From a virus, in IMG/VR virus record IMGVR_UViG_3300037317_000025, positions 1 through 64,000 of that record: a stretch of DNA of 64,000 bases; one strand, written 5' to 3'. The notes under the pieces were generated by a model. That model saw only the letters and a list, made by a program, of their open reading frames with translations. It was not told where the DNA came from and did no database searches. Below, piece by piece: positions 1 to 9,014 of the stretch (position 1 is its first letter; each line of letters begins with the position of its first letter). The position numbers and the translations under genes were made by a program.

Positions 1-169
1 GCATTGCAAGACTGTCGCTGTTGTTCAACCAGTCCTGGCGTCCATAGACGCTGCGCTCCCACTTCACGCAGGCTTCGTAGATGCGCTCATCGGTCAGGTC
101 AACGCCTGCCGTGCTGATGAGCGCACGAACCTGCTGAATGATGTCGAAGTAGCGAGTGTCGATACTCAT
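1..169 (-). CDS. hypothetical protein (5' part; runs off the window)
   Basis: ATG at 169 overlapping the upstream stop codon; open frame MSIDTRYFDIIQQVRAL... to the window edge. Confidence 0.5.
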   Translation of the reverse strand, partial: MSIDTRYFDIIQQVRALISTAGVDLTDERIYEACVKWERSVYGRQDWLNNSDSLAM

Positions 170-429
170 AGCGGGCGCAACTCGCAATCACAATTCGGGT
201 GCGTACTTTGCGGAGGGATGGGGCCGTCCGGCATGCCGTCCACCACGCGAACAGTGGTGCCGTCGAGTGGCTGGCAGATGCGTTCGCAGGCGGGCGGGAT
301 GGCGTTGAACACCAGCACCCGTTCCTGGTCTGCCTCGTCTATGCCTCGCAGCGTGTTGCGTAGGCGGGTGCCGACTTTGCCGATGGAAGATGCGAGCCTG
401 CCGAGGGCGCGCCCGATGGCTCCAAGCAT
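166..429 (-). CDS. MuF/SPP1 gp7-like minor head protein, C-terminal Cys/His domain
   Basis: Motif C-ERI-C-QPLDG...PP..HPNCDC resembles the MuF C-terminal HPNCRC signature; AGGAG RBS before ATG 429. Confidence 0.55.
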   Translation of the reverse strand: MLGAIGRALGRLASSIGKVGTRLRNTLRGIDEADQERVLVFNAIPPACERICQPLDGTTVRVVDGMPDGPIPPQSTHPNCDCELRPL

Positions 430-463
430 ACTGTTCTCCTGTGCGTGTCTCGTGGCGACATGC

Positions 464-488
464 GCCAATATCTACAGGTATTATAGCA
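464..488 (-). promoter_or_regulatory. putative late promoter motif TGCTATAATACCYGTAGWTATTGGC, copy 1
   Basis: 25-bp motif with extended -10, also at 3082-3106 and 20511-20535. Confidence 0.65.
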
Positions 489-505
489 CAGGGAAAGAGG
501 AGAAT

Positions 506-554
506 AAAAAGAGACATCATCCGGTAGTCGCCAAACTTAGTGGATGATGCCTCT
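506..554 (-). terminator. intrinsic terminator
   Basis: AGAGGCATCATCC...GGATGATGTCTC stem followed by TTTTT on the minus strand. Confidence 0.55.
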
Positions 555-634
555 GTCTACAACCGCATAGGGAATGTCTGGGAAAACATCTTCACTTATG
601 CAGATATGTGTCTATTATAACACACCGCAACACA

Positions 635-901
635 CTACCGCAATCGCACCTCAATGTTGCCAGTCACCTTGACTGCGTAGTGCTTGCCCGCCTCGATTGC
701 GTCAGGCGGCGGTTCATCTACGTCCCGCAGCAACAGTTCGCCGTCGTCGTGTTGCGCCAGAACCAGCGCCTCTTGTCGATACAGGTTGACCGCGTGGACA
801 TACTCGTGCCGCTCGCCGTCGATCCAGACCTCGCCAAAGACGCCATAGTCGTCCTTGCCGGTAAACCAACCGTCCTTGCTGTAGAGTTTATCGAGTGACA
901 C
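635..901 (-). CDS. hypothetical protein
   Basis: 88-aa ORF directly downstream of 906..1574. Confidence 0.55.
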   Translation of the reverse strand: MSLDKLYSKDGWFTGKDDYGVFGEVWIDGERHEYVHAVNLYRQEALVLAQHDDGELLLRDVDEPPPDAIEAGKHYAVKVTGNIEVRLR

Positions 902-905
902 CCTG

Positions 906-1574
906 TTAGCCCTGTATAACCTGGTTATACACCGCGATCAGCACCACCGGCAGCGCGTTCTTCACGGCGTTGGCCTCGGTGATGGTGATGACCTTGGTAC
1001 GGGCGGGGCCGAATGCTTTGTCGAACTGGCGCTCGCTCACCCACCTGTCGGTGCTGTCCGCCAGCAGCGCCGCCTGCTCTGGCGCGTATTCCTCGACGAC
1101 TGCCGTGACCGCTTCGTTCATCAGGTCGATCCACGGCTGCTGGTCGTCCTCGGACAGTTGGCTCAGGATGCGGTCGCCTGTCACCAGCACGGGCACCACG
1201 CCCTGGCCGATGGTGGTCAACTGCTCTGCCAGCAGGTCGCTCATCTGCTGCGCGAACCGCTCTTTATCCCAGTCCAACCCACTGACCTGGGCGTCGTCTG
1301 CCAGGTCGTTGAACCAGTCGCGCACGGCACGATACAGCGGCTTCTCATCTTCGCGCAGTGGGCGCTGCCCTTCTTGCGCCTGCGGGATGGTGGCGGCGCG
1401 TTGCCGGGAGGGTTGCATGCCAGGGAGCGAAGCCGCCGCCGGCAGCATCGGTTGTGCGCCCTGAAAGAAGGGCTTGCCGCGTGCCATGCCGATAAGCAAC
1501 TGGTAGAGCAGGAGATGCACCTTAGTAGCCATGGTAGACACCATTCCCATTCTGATACCCGCGTATCTCATCAA
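906..1574 (-). CDS. putative head morphogenesis (MuF-like) protein, N-terminal part
   Basis: Directly after the portal; helical; ARTKVITITE resembles the MuF RAxxIARTE motif; start uncertain. Confidence 0.5.
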   Translation of the reverse strand: MMRYAGIRMGMVSTMATKVHLLLYQLLIGMARGKPFFQGAQPMLPAAASLPGMQPSRQRAATIPQAQEGQRPLREDEKPLYRAVRDWFNDLADDAQVSGLDWDKERFAQQMSDLLAEQLTTIGQGVVPVLVTGDRILSQLSEDDQQPWIDLMNEAVTAVVEEYAPEQAALLADSTDRWVSERQFDKAFGPARTKVITITEANAVKNALPVVLIAVYNQVIQG

Positions 1575-3057
1575 ACAACGCCCGCAGCGCCCGCGTGTCG
1601 GCGCTCACCTGGTCGCCGTCGTCGTCGTCGCCCTCAGGCGGCGCAACGGGTTGTGGTTGCGCGATGTCCAGGATGTCCAGATTGCCGATGTCCATGCCTG
1701 CCAGTTCAATCGCCTGTACCAGTGAGAACCCGGCGGCGCGGGCTTCCTTTACCACCGATAGTTGCGCCAGGAGTTTGCGGCGGGCTTCAGATTCGGCATT
1801 GTCACGGGGCGGCAGGCCGATGGCTGCGCGGGCCTCGTTGTCGCCCGCCACGCCATGCTCTATATGATACCCCAGAATTTGCTGCTGGCGGTTGCCGCTT
1901 GTGAGCTCCTCGCGTTCCGCATCAGTCAGTGGCGGCATGCCGAGCCATTCAATTGCCCGATCCACCGTGAACAACTTGCCGACCAACGGCGCAATGGCCT
2001 TGCTCTGCTCTAGCTGATACGACTGATACGCCTCCAGCAGTTGCGGTTGTGGCTCCAGTGTGACCTGCCAGAAGTCGAGGAAGCGCTGAATGCCGCTCAT
2101 CAGGCTGGCGTAGCGCGGCATAATGAGCTTGTCGTAGAAGTGGAAGTCATCCACGGCAGCGCTGGCGTAGGTGCTGGCCTGGCTGTTGAGGAGCGAGACA
2201 GGAATGCCGAACGCCACAGCGATATGGCGCTCGTTGATCGCGGTGAGTTCCGGCGCGGCGATGTCCTTCGGGTCGGTGCCGAACTGGAACGGCTGAATAC
2301 CGTACCGCATCACCATTGCCCGCCAGCTTGAGGCCACGCCGCGCACCGTCCGCGCCCACCAGTGCTCAATCTTCTTCGCCTCTTCGGGCGGCACCACCTG
2401 CGGCATACCGCCCACGCCCTGCCCGCCGACAAAAAAGGCAGTTTGCTTGACCGCGCCGCGTGAGAAGTAGGTATCCGCGAACAAATCCAGATTGAACAGC
2501 ACGCCCGCGTTGCGCAGCGCCACCTGCACGGGGCCGGGGCCGGGGCCAGTCTCAGCGGTAAAGTTCGGCTCCCACCACCAGACCATCTCCTCAGCGGGGA
2601 CACTCATCTCCTTGCCATTGATGCGGCGCTTGAACGACACCACGTTGCCCATGCTGTCCCACTGAGGCGTGATGGTGCTGGGCAGGTAGCGGCGGATGGT
2701 GGCGTTGCGCCCCACACCGTTCGTCTCGATGCGCCAGTAGGCCGTGCCGAACATGCACAGGTCGGCCTCCACCAGAAACAGCGCGTCGCGCAGCACGGCC
2801 TGCACCTGCCGATAGAGCGTCGTGTCCTTCTTGACCTCGCTCGGCCCGCGCCCGCTCCGGCGCAAAGCGAACGGCACCCGCGCCACCGCGCCTGCCCGCA
2901 GGTGGATGGCGCGGTACAGGTAGGCCACGCCCGCATACGCCTCGGCGGGCTTCAGGCTGGCTTGCCGCTGCTCGTCGTGAGGCGACTCGGTGATGCCCAG
3001 GTCGGCCAGGGTGACGGCGCGCATATACTGGTTGCGGCTCAGGCGGATACGTTTCAT
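1522..3057 (-). CDS. phage portal protein (HK97-like)
   Basis: 511 aa; YRAIHLRAGAVARVPF, DLCMFGTAYW, IAVAFGIPVSLL..STYASA portal-type motifs. Confidence 0.85.
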   Translation of the reverse strand: MKRIRLSRNQYMRAVTLADLGITESPHDEQRQASLKPAEAYAGVAYLYRAIHLRAGAVARVPFALRRSGRGPSEVKKDTTLYRQVQAVLRDALFLVEADLCMFGTAYWRIETNGVGRNATIRRYLPSTITPQWDSMGNVVSFKRRINGKEMSVPAEEMVWWWEPNFTAETGPGPGPVQVALRNAGVLFNLDLFADTYFSRGAVKQTAFFVGGQGVGGMPQVVPPEEAKKIEHWWARTVRGVASSWRAMVMRYGIQPFQFGTDPKDIAAPELTAINERHIAVAFGIPVSLLNSQASTYASAAVDDFHFYDKLIMPRYASLMSGIQRFLDFWQVTLEPQPQLLEAYQSYQLEQSKAIAPLVGKLFTVDRAIEWLGMPPLTDAEREELTSGNRQQQILGYHIEHGVAGDNEARAAIGLPPRDNAESEARRKLLAQLSVVKEARAAGFSLVQAIELAGMDIGNLDILDIAQPQPVAPPEGDDDDGDQVSADTRALRALFDEIRGYQNGNGVYHGY

Positions 3058-3081
3058 CTGGCGGGTGTCTCGTTACAATAT

Positions 3082-3106
3082 GCCAATAACTACAGGTATT
3101 ATAGCA
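3082..3106 (-). promoter_or_regulatory. putative late promoter motif, copy 2 (upstream of portal)
   Basis: TGCTATAATACCTGTAGTTATTGGC. Confidence 0.65.
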
Positions 3107-3111
3107 TACAG

Positions 3112-3136
3112 AAAAAACCACCCTGCGAAGGGTGGC
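3112..3136 (-). terminator. intrinsic terminator
   Basis: GCCACCCT-TCGC-AGGGTGGT then TTTTT on the minus strand. Confidence 0.75.
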
Positions 3137-3177
3137 TTTCTGGTATAACATCCTGGTGGTATCACCAGGGGTTTGTA

Positions 3178-3343
3178 TGGTTGGAAACTGGCAGGAGTCG
3201 AACCTGCACCTCCAGACATCTACACCCTCGTGATAGTCATTACCTCTGTCAAGGCTTTGAACTATCCGTAAAGTGGAACACAGACAGCCGTGACAGCGAA
3301 TACCTGTGTGCCTGGCATCCTGCCGTTAAGACGACAGTTTCCA
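3178..3343 (-). ncRNA. tRNA-like RNA with extended acceptor stem and ~90-nt insert replacing the anticodon loop
   Basis: TGGAAACTG/CAGTTTCCA stem + ACCA; D-arm TCGTCTTAACGGCAGGAT; CCAGGCA/TGTCTGG stem; T-arm GCAGG-TTCGACT-CCTGC. Confidence 0.65.
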
Positions 3344-3382
3344 CGTGGTTGCCGTTACAATGCCACGGACACGGGCACAATA

Positions 3383-3898
3383 TTACTTGACCTTACCCCT
3401 GGCTTCCTCACGCATTATCTCAAGGATGCGCTCCGGGCGGCTTTCGCCCTTGAGCACCCAGGTGCGCCACATGTGGTCGTATCTTGCCCCCCGGATATAC
3501 TCATCAATGGCATCATCATTGGTTGCCATTTCGACAGCAGCCTGCACCGCCTTTTCGAGGGCTTCCTGCTCGGCCTCCCATGCCCTCTTTTTCTCCTGGG
3601 AGGCTTTCAGTGCAGCTTGCGTCTCTTCGTAGACGCGCTGCCCCAGTTCTGCCGGATCACCCGGCACGAACTCGACCACCATTGTCCGCCCACTATCGAC
3701 GATCCGCGCCAGTGTGACCTCGTTGTGGCGCGGTGCCCACCCATCGGCAGGCTTGAACCACTGCATAGCGGGTTTTCCGCTATGCTTGTTGAACGGTAGC
3801 TTGGCTCTCATACCCTCGCGGGTGCGGAACCACTTTACCGCTACGAGTTGCTCTTTGCTGTAAGGTCCCTGCTGCTGATATTGCACTGCGTTCGCCAT
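3383..3898 (-). CDS. hypothetical protein
   Basis: 171-aa ORF with GAAAGGA RBS. Confidence 0.65.
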   Translation of the reverse strand: MANAVQYQQQGPYSKEQLVAVKWFRTREGMRAKLPFNKHSGKPAMQWFKPADGWAPRHNEVTLARIVDSGRTMVVEFVPGDPAELGQRVYEETQAALKASQEKKRAWEAEQEALEKAVQAAVEMATNDDAIDEYIRGARYDHMWRTWVLKGESRPERILEIMREEARGKVK

Positions 3899-3928
3899 AT
3901 CGGTGTCGTTCCTTTCTGTCGGTTAATA

Positions 3929-4174
3929 TCAGTCAAACATTCCAAGATCGTCGTAGTCGGACAACCGCTCATCACTCAGCCCGTTCACCAATTGGATAGC
4001 ACGCTCAAGGCTCAGGCCATTGTGTTCGCATTCACCAGTTTGCAGCATCTCAAGCGCACGGGCATTGTCTACACCATACACATCGGCAATATCGAGCAGT
4101 GCAAGTTCGCCGGAAAACAAGCTGGCATCCCAGAAGGCATCGCGGGCAATTTGGTCACGGTTTAGTGTAGTCAT
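3929..4174 (-). CDS. hypothetical protein
   Basis: ORF with GAAAGGA RBS immediately after promoter cassette 1. Confidence 0.6.
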   Translation of the reverse strand: MTTLNRDQIARDAFWDASLFSGELALLDIADVYGVDNARALEMLQTGECEHNGLSLERAIQLVNGLSDERLSDYDDLGMFD

Positions 4175-4185
4175 CTCTCGTGTCG

Positions 4186-4267
4186 TTCCTTTCTGTATCA
4201 TCAATTCCTTATGTTCTTATTATAGCACACTGACAACACGGTGTCAATAGGTTTGTAGGGCATTTTT
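4186..4267 (-). promoter_or_regulatory. repeated sigma70 promoter/RBS cassette 1
   Basis: TTGACA(4247-4242)-17-TATAAT(4224-4219) with TG extension; downstream GATACAGAAAGGA. Confidence 0.85.
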
Positions 4268-4475
4268 ACGACGATTCTTCCCGCGCCATCGCCAGCGCCA
4301 GCCCAACCACCGCACCGACAATACCCCACAGCAGCCAGCTTCCCGCATTCGCCTTCGCCGCCTCGACCAGCCACACGAGCAGGCCGAACAGGATCGCGCC
4401 CCAGGTCGGCACCAGCAGGCCCAGGACGGCGGCGACAAAGATGGGCGCGAACAGCCAGTAGAGAATGCGCCCCAT
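4266..4475 (-). CDS. small membrane protein
   Basis: 69 aa, almost entirely hydrophobic. Confidence 0.6.
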   Translation of the reverse strand: MGRILYWLFAPIFVAAVLGLLVPTWGAILFGLLVWLVEAAKANAGSWLLWGIVGAVVGLALAMAREESS

Positions 4476-5401
4476 CAGCCTGCCCTCCGTGCTATCGCCG
4501 CCCGCGCCTTCGCCGCCTGCGCGTGGTTCTCCGGGTCGCCCAGGTCGAACGCATCCACGCGCAACCGATAGCGCATGCCGATGCCGCTGCGGTTGTCCTC
4601 TAGCGAGAGCACGCCCGACACGAACACCGGGTCGCCTGGGTGCAGGGCGCTGGCTTCGCGTGCCAGCCCGTCGTAGGTATAGACGGTGAACAGGCTGTCG
4701 CCGCTCACGATTGTCAGGATGGCAACGTCGCGCCCGTCGCTCGTCGTGTCCTGCCGGGGCGGGTGTTTCAGCGTGCCCGACAGCGACAGCACGTTCAACG
4801 TCTGCGACTGGCGGGCCTCCTGCCAGCGCCGCTCTAGCGTGAGCCAGTCGGTATCCAGGCGCACGAACGCCGTGTCGCCCCGGCGCTCGACGGACGGCTG
4901 CGGGTGGCCGGGTTCGATCACCACCTGATCGCCTGTATAGACCGTGATGAGCTTATGCACGATCTCGCCCGACAGGTGCAACCCGTAGCGCTGTCCGTCG
5001 CTCTCAATCGACAGCGTGCAGGTGTCCTGGGTGAAGTTGATATAAGCCACCGTGCCGATCAATGGGTCGTCGGTGGTATCCTGCGCCGCCTTGCGTGCCG
5101 TTGCGGGCGGTTGACTGACATAGCGAGCGTCTATGTAGAGCGTTGCCAGGTCGTCGCCTGTCTGCGGGTGCTGCCAGAGTTCCAGCCCCACGCGCCCTTC
5201 GACATAGACGACCTGCCCCTCGCGTATCCAGTCGGCCTCGTCCATCAGGTCGTCCATCAGGTCAAGCTGATAGACCTGCTCGACAGGCGAACCAGGGTCA
5301 ACGAGCTTGACCTTGACCGCCGGGGGTCGCCCACGGGCGCGGTAGGAACGCGGCTCTCTGGCAACCTGGCCGATGAACTGGAAGTGGTTTATGTCTGCCA
5401 C
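4475..5401 (-). CDS. single-stranded DNA-binding-like protein with tandem OB folds
   Basis: N-terminal INHFQFIGQVAREP...GQVVYVEGRV and C-terminal LNVLSLSGTLKHPP...LHPGDPVFVSGVL both resemble SSB. Confidence 0.6.
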   Translation of the reverse strand: MADINHFQFIGQVAREPRSYRARGRPPAVKVKLVDPGSPVEQVYQLDLMDDLMDEADWIREGQVVYVEGRVGLELWQHPQTGDDLATLYIDARYVSQPPATARKAAQDTTDDPLIGTVAYINFTQDTCTLSIESDGQRYGLHLSGEIVHKLITVYTGDQVVIEPGHPQPSVERRGDTAFVRLDTDWLTLERRWQEARQSQTLNVLSLSGTLKHPPRQDTTSDGRDVAILTIVSGDSLFTVYTYDGLAREASALHPGDPVFVSGVLSLEDNRSGIGMRYRLRVDAFDLGDPENHAQAAKARAAIARRAG

Positions 5402-5709
5402 GCCGCCACCTCGCTCTCAGTCCATTCCCACTGACATCGTAACCTTTGCAATATCATAACCTTTGCAATAACCAAAACAAAACCCCTTAATGCACAAGGT
5501 CAACTCATGGATGGTGAGTGTGCCATCAAAAGTGCAATGTACCCATTCCGTCGTACCATCGGCATCAAAACGGATATTAGTGCACCCTATTGTTATCATA
5601 AAATTCTCAAGCTGTTTCTGTCCGCTACTCTGCATATATGGCAACGGAATAGCATGAGAGGTCGATTTCCACAGTCTCACGCCGCTACCTCGCTCTCTGT
5701 CCATTCCCA
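5399..5709. repeat. 32-bp direct repeats (5399-5430, 5678-5709) flanking an AT-rich insert
   Basis: CACGCCGCYACCTCGCTCTCWGTCCATTCCCA, 30/32 identical. Confidence 0.8.
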
Positions 5710-6153
5710 TAGACCCTGCCTGCCCGTTGCCGGGATGGGCGGGTCAAGCGGACACACGTCGGCCAGGAGCCAGGCATAGCGGCCTGATGAGTAGTCTCCG
5801 AAGGCGCGTTCTCGATCATCCAGGCACCAAACATACCCGTTGGATACATACAGGCCATTATCAAATGGTGGCTGCGCAGATGGCTCAATATCAACCGTTT
5901 CAACCACATCCATCAGGATGCACGTTGCCACGATGACACCGCGTGGCAAGGCGTAGCCCTTGAGCGCCTGTGCGAAAACGTCGTCGTGATACAACGCCAC
6001 AAGCCCACGCTCGCCACCCACCGGCCCCAGCCCCTTGCCCGCGTGGATAGCGAGCGGGCCGCGATAGCGCGTGCTCCAGCTACGGGTTTCAATACGCTTC
6101 GCCCCTATCGCCACCAGCGTGGCGTAGGGCTGGGTGAGTGTTAATGCTTTCAT
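5677..6153 (-). CDS. ASCH domain protein
   Basis: MKALTLTQPYATLVAIGAKRIETRSW..YRGPLAIHA...ATGRQGLW is a typical ASCH signature. Confidence 0.85.
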   Translation of the reverse strand: MKALTLTQPYATLVAIGAKRIETRSWSTRYRGPLAIHAGKGLGPVGGERGLVALYHDDVFAQALKGYALPRGVIVATCILMDVVETVDIEPSAQPPFDNGLYVSNGYVWCLDDRERAFGDYSSGRYAWLLADVCPLDPPIPATGRQGLWEWTESEVAA

Positions 6154-6160
6154 GTGTTCC

Positions 6161-6349
6161 TCACATTTGTAATGGTGGCTCTTCGCCTGAGATGTCGAGT
6201 TCAATCCGACGCATTTTGATAGTAACTTCCGGGTTCTTGCGTGCGTCGCACGTATACTCAAAACCGACAAACCCTTCAACCTCTTCGCCTGTGTCTGTGT
6301 TCACCAACTTCAACCCATCCTCCGGCGTATAGACGATCTTCAGTCTCAT
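6161..6349 (-). CDS. hypothetical protein
   Basis: 62-aa ORF with AGGAGG RBS. Confidence 0.55.
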   Translation of the reverse strand: MRLKIVYTPEDGLKLVNTDTGEEVEGFVGFEYTCDARKNPEVTIKMRRIELDISGEEPPLQM

Positions 6350-6370
6350 GTCAACCTCCTTCGCATACTT

Positions 6371-7177
6371 TTACATACTCGCTTTTTCTTCCAGATACCG
6401 ATCCACGCTCGCCGCCGCATACCAGCCACGCCGGGACGGGTGGCGCTCGATCTTACCACGCTTCGCCAGACTGCCCACGAACTGGCGGCTCACGCCCAGG
6501 CGCTCCTGTGCCTCGTCCGTGGGGATGTACCCGGCCTCGCACAGCGCTGCCTGCTCGCGCTCCTGGCTGGCCTTCCAGGCGGCATGCTGCCGGGCTGCGA
6601 TGTCCTCCCGGTTGGCCGCGTAGTACGCACGGTCGTGCTCGCGCTTACCTTCCAGGTGGCACGCCTTGCATTCGGGTACGCGCTTCGTTCCGCCTGCGTA
6701 GCGATCTGCCCTGACGGTGTAATAGTCGTGCTCTGGCTTCGCCTGTCCGCACTTCGAGCAGACATACCAGAACTCGCCGCCCTCCGGCTCCGGGCCGTCC
6801 GGGTGCTGGCGCAGGTCGTGAACGTCCACAATTTCGCTCGCATCGACGACGGTGCGCCCGTCGCTGTCCAGTCGCGCCACGCGAACCGTGTTGCGCTCCT
6901 GGCGCATCCAGCCGAGCACCTGGACAGGAACCTGCTCCGCGTCCGTTGCTACCAGTGCCCGCTTGCCCGTCAACGCATCGACATCGACAGCAGACTGGCT
7001 GGTGTACCTGTCCACCGCCGCCGCGTCCACCGCCCACCGTTCATACGGCGCGCTGTCCATCGGCACCTTGCGGGCACGCAGTTCGCCGCGCCCGCACATG
7101 TCCCGAACCCGCTGCTCACTGTGTCCCAGGCGCTCGGCGGCCTGGGTGACGGTGAGTTCCTCGCGTGTGGTGGTCAT
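6371..7177 (-). CDS. excisionase-like HTH DNA-binding protein with central CxxC zinc ribbon
   Basis: LTVTQAAERLG..RVRDM..RGELRA; CSKC...CKAC; second HTH YIPTDEAQERLGVSRQ. Confidence 0.65.
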   Translation of the reverse strand: MTTTREELTVTQAAERLGHSEQRVRDMCGRGELRARKVPMDSAPYERWAVDAAAVDRYTSQSAVDVDALTGKRALVATDAEQVPVQVLGWMRQERNTVRVARLDSDGRTVVDASEIVDVHDLRQHPDGPEPEGGEFWYVCSKCGQAKPEHDYYTVRADRYAGGTKRVPECKACHLEGKREHDRAYYAANREDIAARQHAAWKASQEREQAALCEAGYIPTDEAQERLGVSRQFVGSLAKRGKIERHPSRRGWYAAASVDRYLEEKASM

Positions 7178-7178
7178 C

Positions 7179-7415
7179 TTAGTATATCTCCACTCCTGGC
7201 GGCGGTTCGTCGTGGACTTCATCAATGTCTATCAGATCGCTCACCCAGGCATTCCAGTTTGCTCGAATATCGTTTGCAGATAGTATGTGTGCACCGTTTA
7301 ACGCTCCGTCAGCCACCCTAAATCGTGGGCCGTCGTTTCTCATTTCATGCACTGACACTACTATGTACCCGACCGTCCCGTCGTCCCAATCCATTCTGAT
7401 CGCTGCGTTTGTCAT
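7179..7415 (-). CDS. hypothetical protein
   Basis: ORF with GAAGGGA RBS in the early-gene array. Confidence 0.5.
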   Translation of the reverse strand: MTNAAIRMDWDDGTVGYIVVSVHEMRNDGPRFRVADGALNGAHILSANDIRANWNAWVSDLIDIDEVHDEPPPGVEIY

Positions 7416-7476
7416 CTCATCTATCCCTTCTGTATCCGGCGGGCCGACCCATTGCCGACCCGCCTGCTGCTATCAC

Positions 7477-7749
7477 CTATGCCGCCGGGCCGTTGCGGTA
7501 GCCCATCGCCTCGACCCGGTACACCTCACCAGAGAGGTGCGTGAACGTCGGCTCCGTCGCCGTGTAGAACACGATGGCGCGGTAGACCAGTTCAACGTGC
7601 TGCCGGGTGATGGTCGCCATAATCGGCGCTTTCCAGTCGCGCCGATCCTTCACTGCGTTGAATGCCGCCTGAAGCTGCTGCTCGCTGAAGCCGTGGTAGG
7701 TGAAGCCGTCCTGATGCTGAATGCCGTTGGTGTTCGCTGTGATAGTCAT
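7477..7749 (-). CDS. hypothetical protein
   Basis: ORF with GAAAGGA RBS. Confidence 0.6.
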   Translation of the reverse strand: MTITANTNGIQHQDGFTYHGFSEQQLQAAFNAVKDRRDWKAPIMATITRQHVELVYRAIVFYTATEPTFTHLSGEVYRVEAMGYRNGPAA

Positions 7750-8150
7750 CGTGTGGTTCCTTTCTGTATCTCAATCTCGAATGTAGCTGGCTTGGCTGCT
7801 GCAATCCAGGAAGCATGCGCGGAGGCGATTGTCTCAGACCACACATCCGGCGCGAAGTCCATCAATGTGCCATCTGCGGTAAGAATGCGCGATGCCTGAC
7901 AGCTTGGGTAGTGCTCACCTGTTGACATCTGCTTGAAGGTGTAGGCCGAGAAATTCGCCACGCCTGTGAAGCTATTCATTGCCATCTGTACAACGATTGC
8001 GGTTGCGCTGTATGTCGCTGCGTCCGGCCTCGGCAGTGTGCCAGCAGGAAACCCTTTGGGGCCGTTCTTGCGGATGCGGCGATTGGCGCTCGCGGGTACG
8101 TCTTTGCGGTGCCCACCGTTCTGTCGATACTCTACCTGGCTGCGTCTCAT
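7746..8150 (-). CDS. hypothetical protein
   Basis: First gene after promoter cassette 2; GAAAGGA RBS. Confidence 0.55.
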   Translation of the reverse strand: MRRSQVEYRQNGGHRKDVPASANRRIRKNGPKGFPAGTLPRPDAATYSATAIVVQMAMNSFTGVANFSAYTFKQMSTGEHYPSCQASRILTADGTLMDFAPDVWSETIASAHASWIAAAKPATFEIEIQKGTTR

Positions 8151-8157
8151 CTCGTGT

Positions 8158-8252
8158 GTCCTTTCTGTATCCTTTATTCTTATACACTTATTATAGCACA
8201 CTGGTATTGCGGTGTCAATAGGTTTACCAGTGGATTTTGCAAGGAATTTGCC
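8158..8252 (-). promoter_or_regulatory. repeated sigma70 promoter/RBS cassette 2
   Basis: TTGACA(8218-8213)-17-TATAAT(8195-8190). Confidence 0.85.
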
Positions 8253-9014
8253 GCGCCTATCGGTTATTCTTGATCGTGGCCCTGCCGCCTGTCAGGTGAC
8301 AATCGAAGTCGCTCACCAGCCCGCCCAGCGCAGCCACCGAGCGCCGCGCCAGATCAGGTAGCCACACCTCGCGCACGCGCTGCCCCTGCCAGGTGGTGAC
8401 CGCGCCCAGGTCGCCGCCCTGCCGCCGCACCCAGGCCGCGACAATCGACATATGCTGGTCGCCTGCTGTCCACTGGCGAACCACAAACCCGTCGCGCTCA
8501 GGGTCTACGATGGTGTAGTAGCGCGGGCGCTGGCCGGTGCGTGGGCATCGGCGCGGGCCGTAGTGGTGAGTCAGGTAGTAGCACTTCACAGCGGCAACCT
8601 CAACTGCTGCGGCTGCTGTGCCTCGTCCTGCTCCCGATGGTAGCACCGCACGCAGAGCACGCGGTTGTCCTCAGTGATATGGATGTCCTGATCGCCCGTC
8701 CGCCCTGGGCCGTGTCGCCGCTCGATGCCGAGCGACTTCTGGCAGCGTGTACAGCGCCAGTGTCGATCCTGTCCAGTCGGCGCGCCGTGGCTGTGGTAGG
8801 CACTCATCGGGTTGGTTCCCTGCTGCTAAAATAGCGCAGCGCCGCTTGTGTGTGGCACGACTGACACACAATGCCCACGGCCTGAGCCGCCGGGATGTCC
8901 GGCATTGAATCCCCGCATTCGATGCAATACCCTGGCTTCCATTCCGGTTGGCGCGGCGCTGGGGTGATTGTGTTGTCTCTGATGCGCTGCGCCTTTGTTC
9001 GTCGTCCGCCTGGT

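Noticed and set aside
3869-3881. 13-nt match (CTGCTGCTGATAT) to spacer 20979-21015, suggesting self-targeting
   Set aside because: Short, low-complexity and not extendable. No full protospacer for any spacer was noticed in the window by eye.
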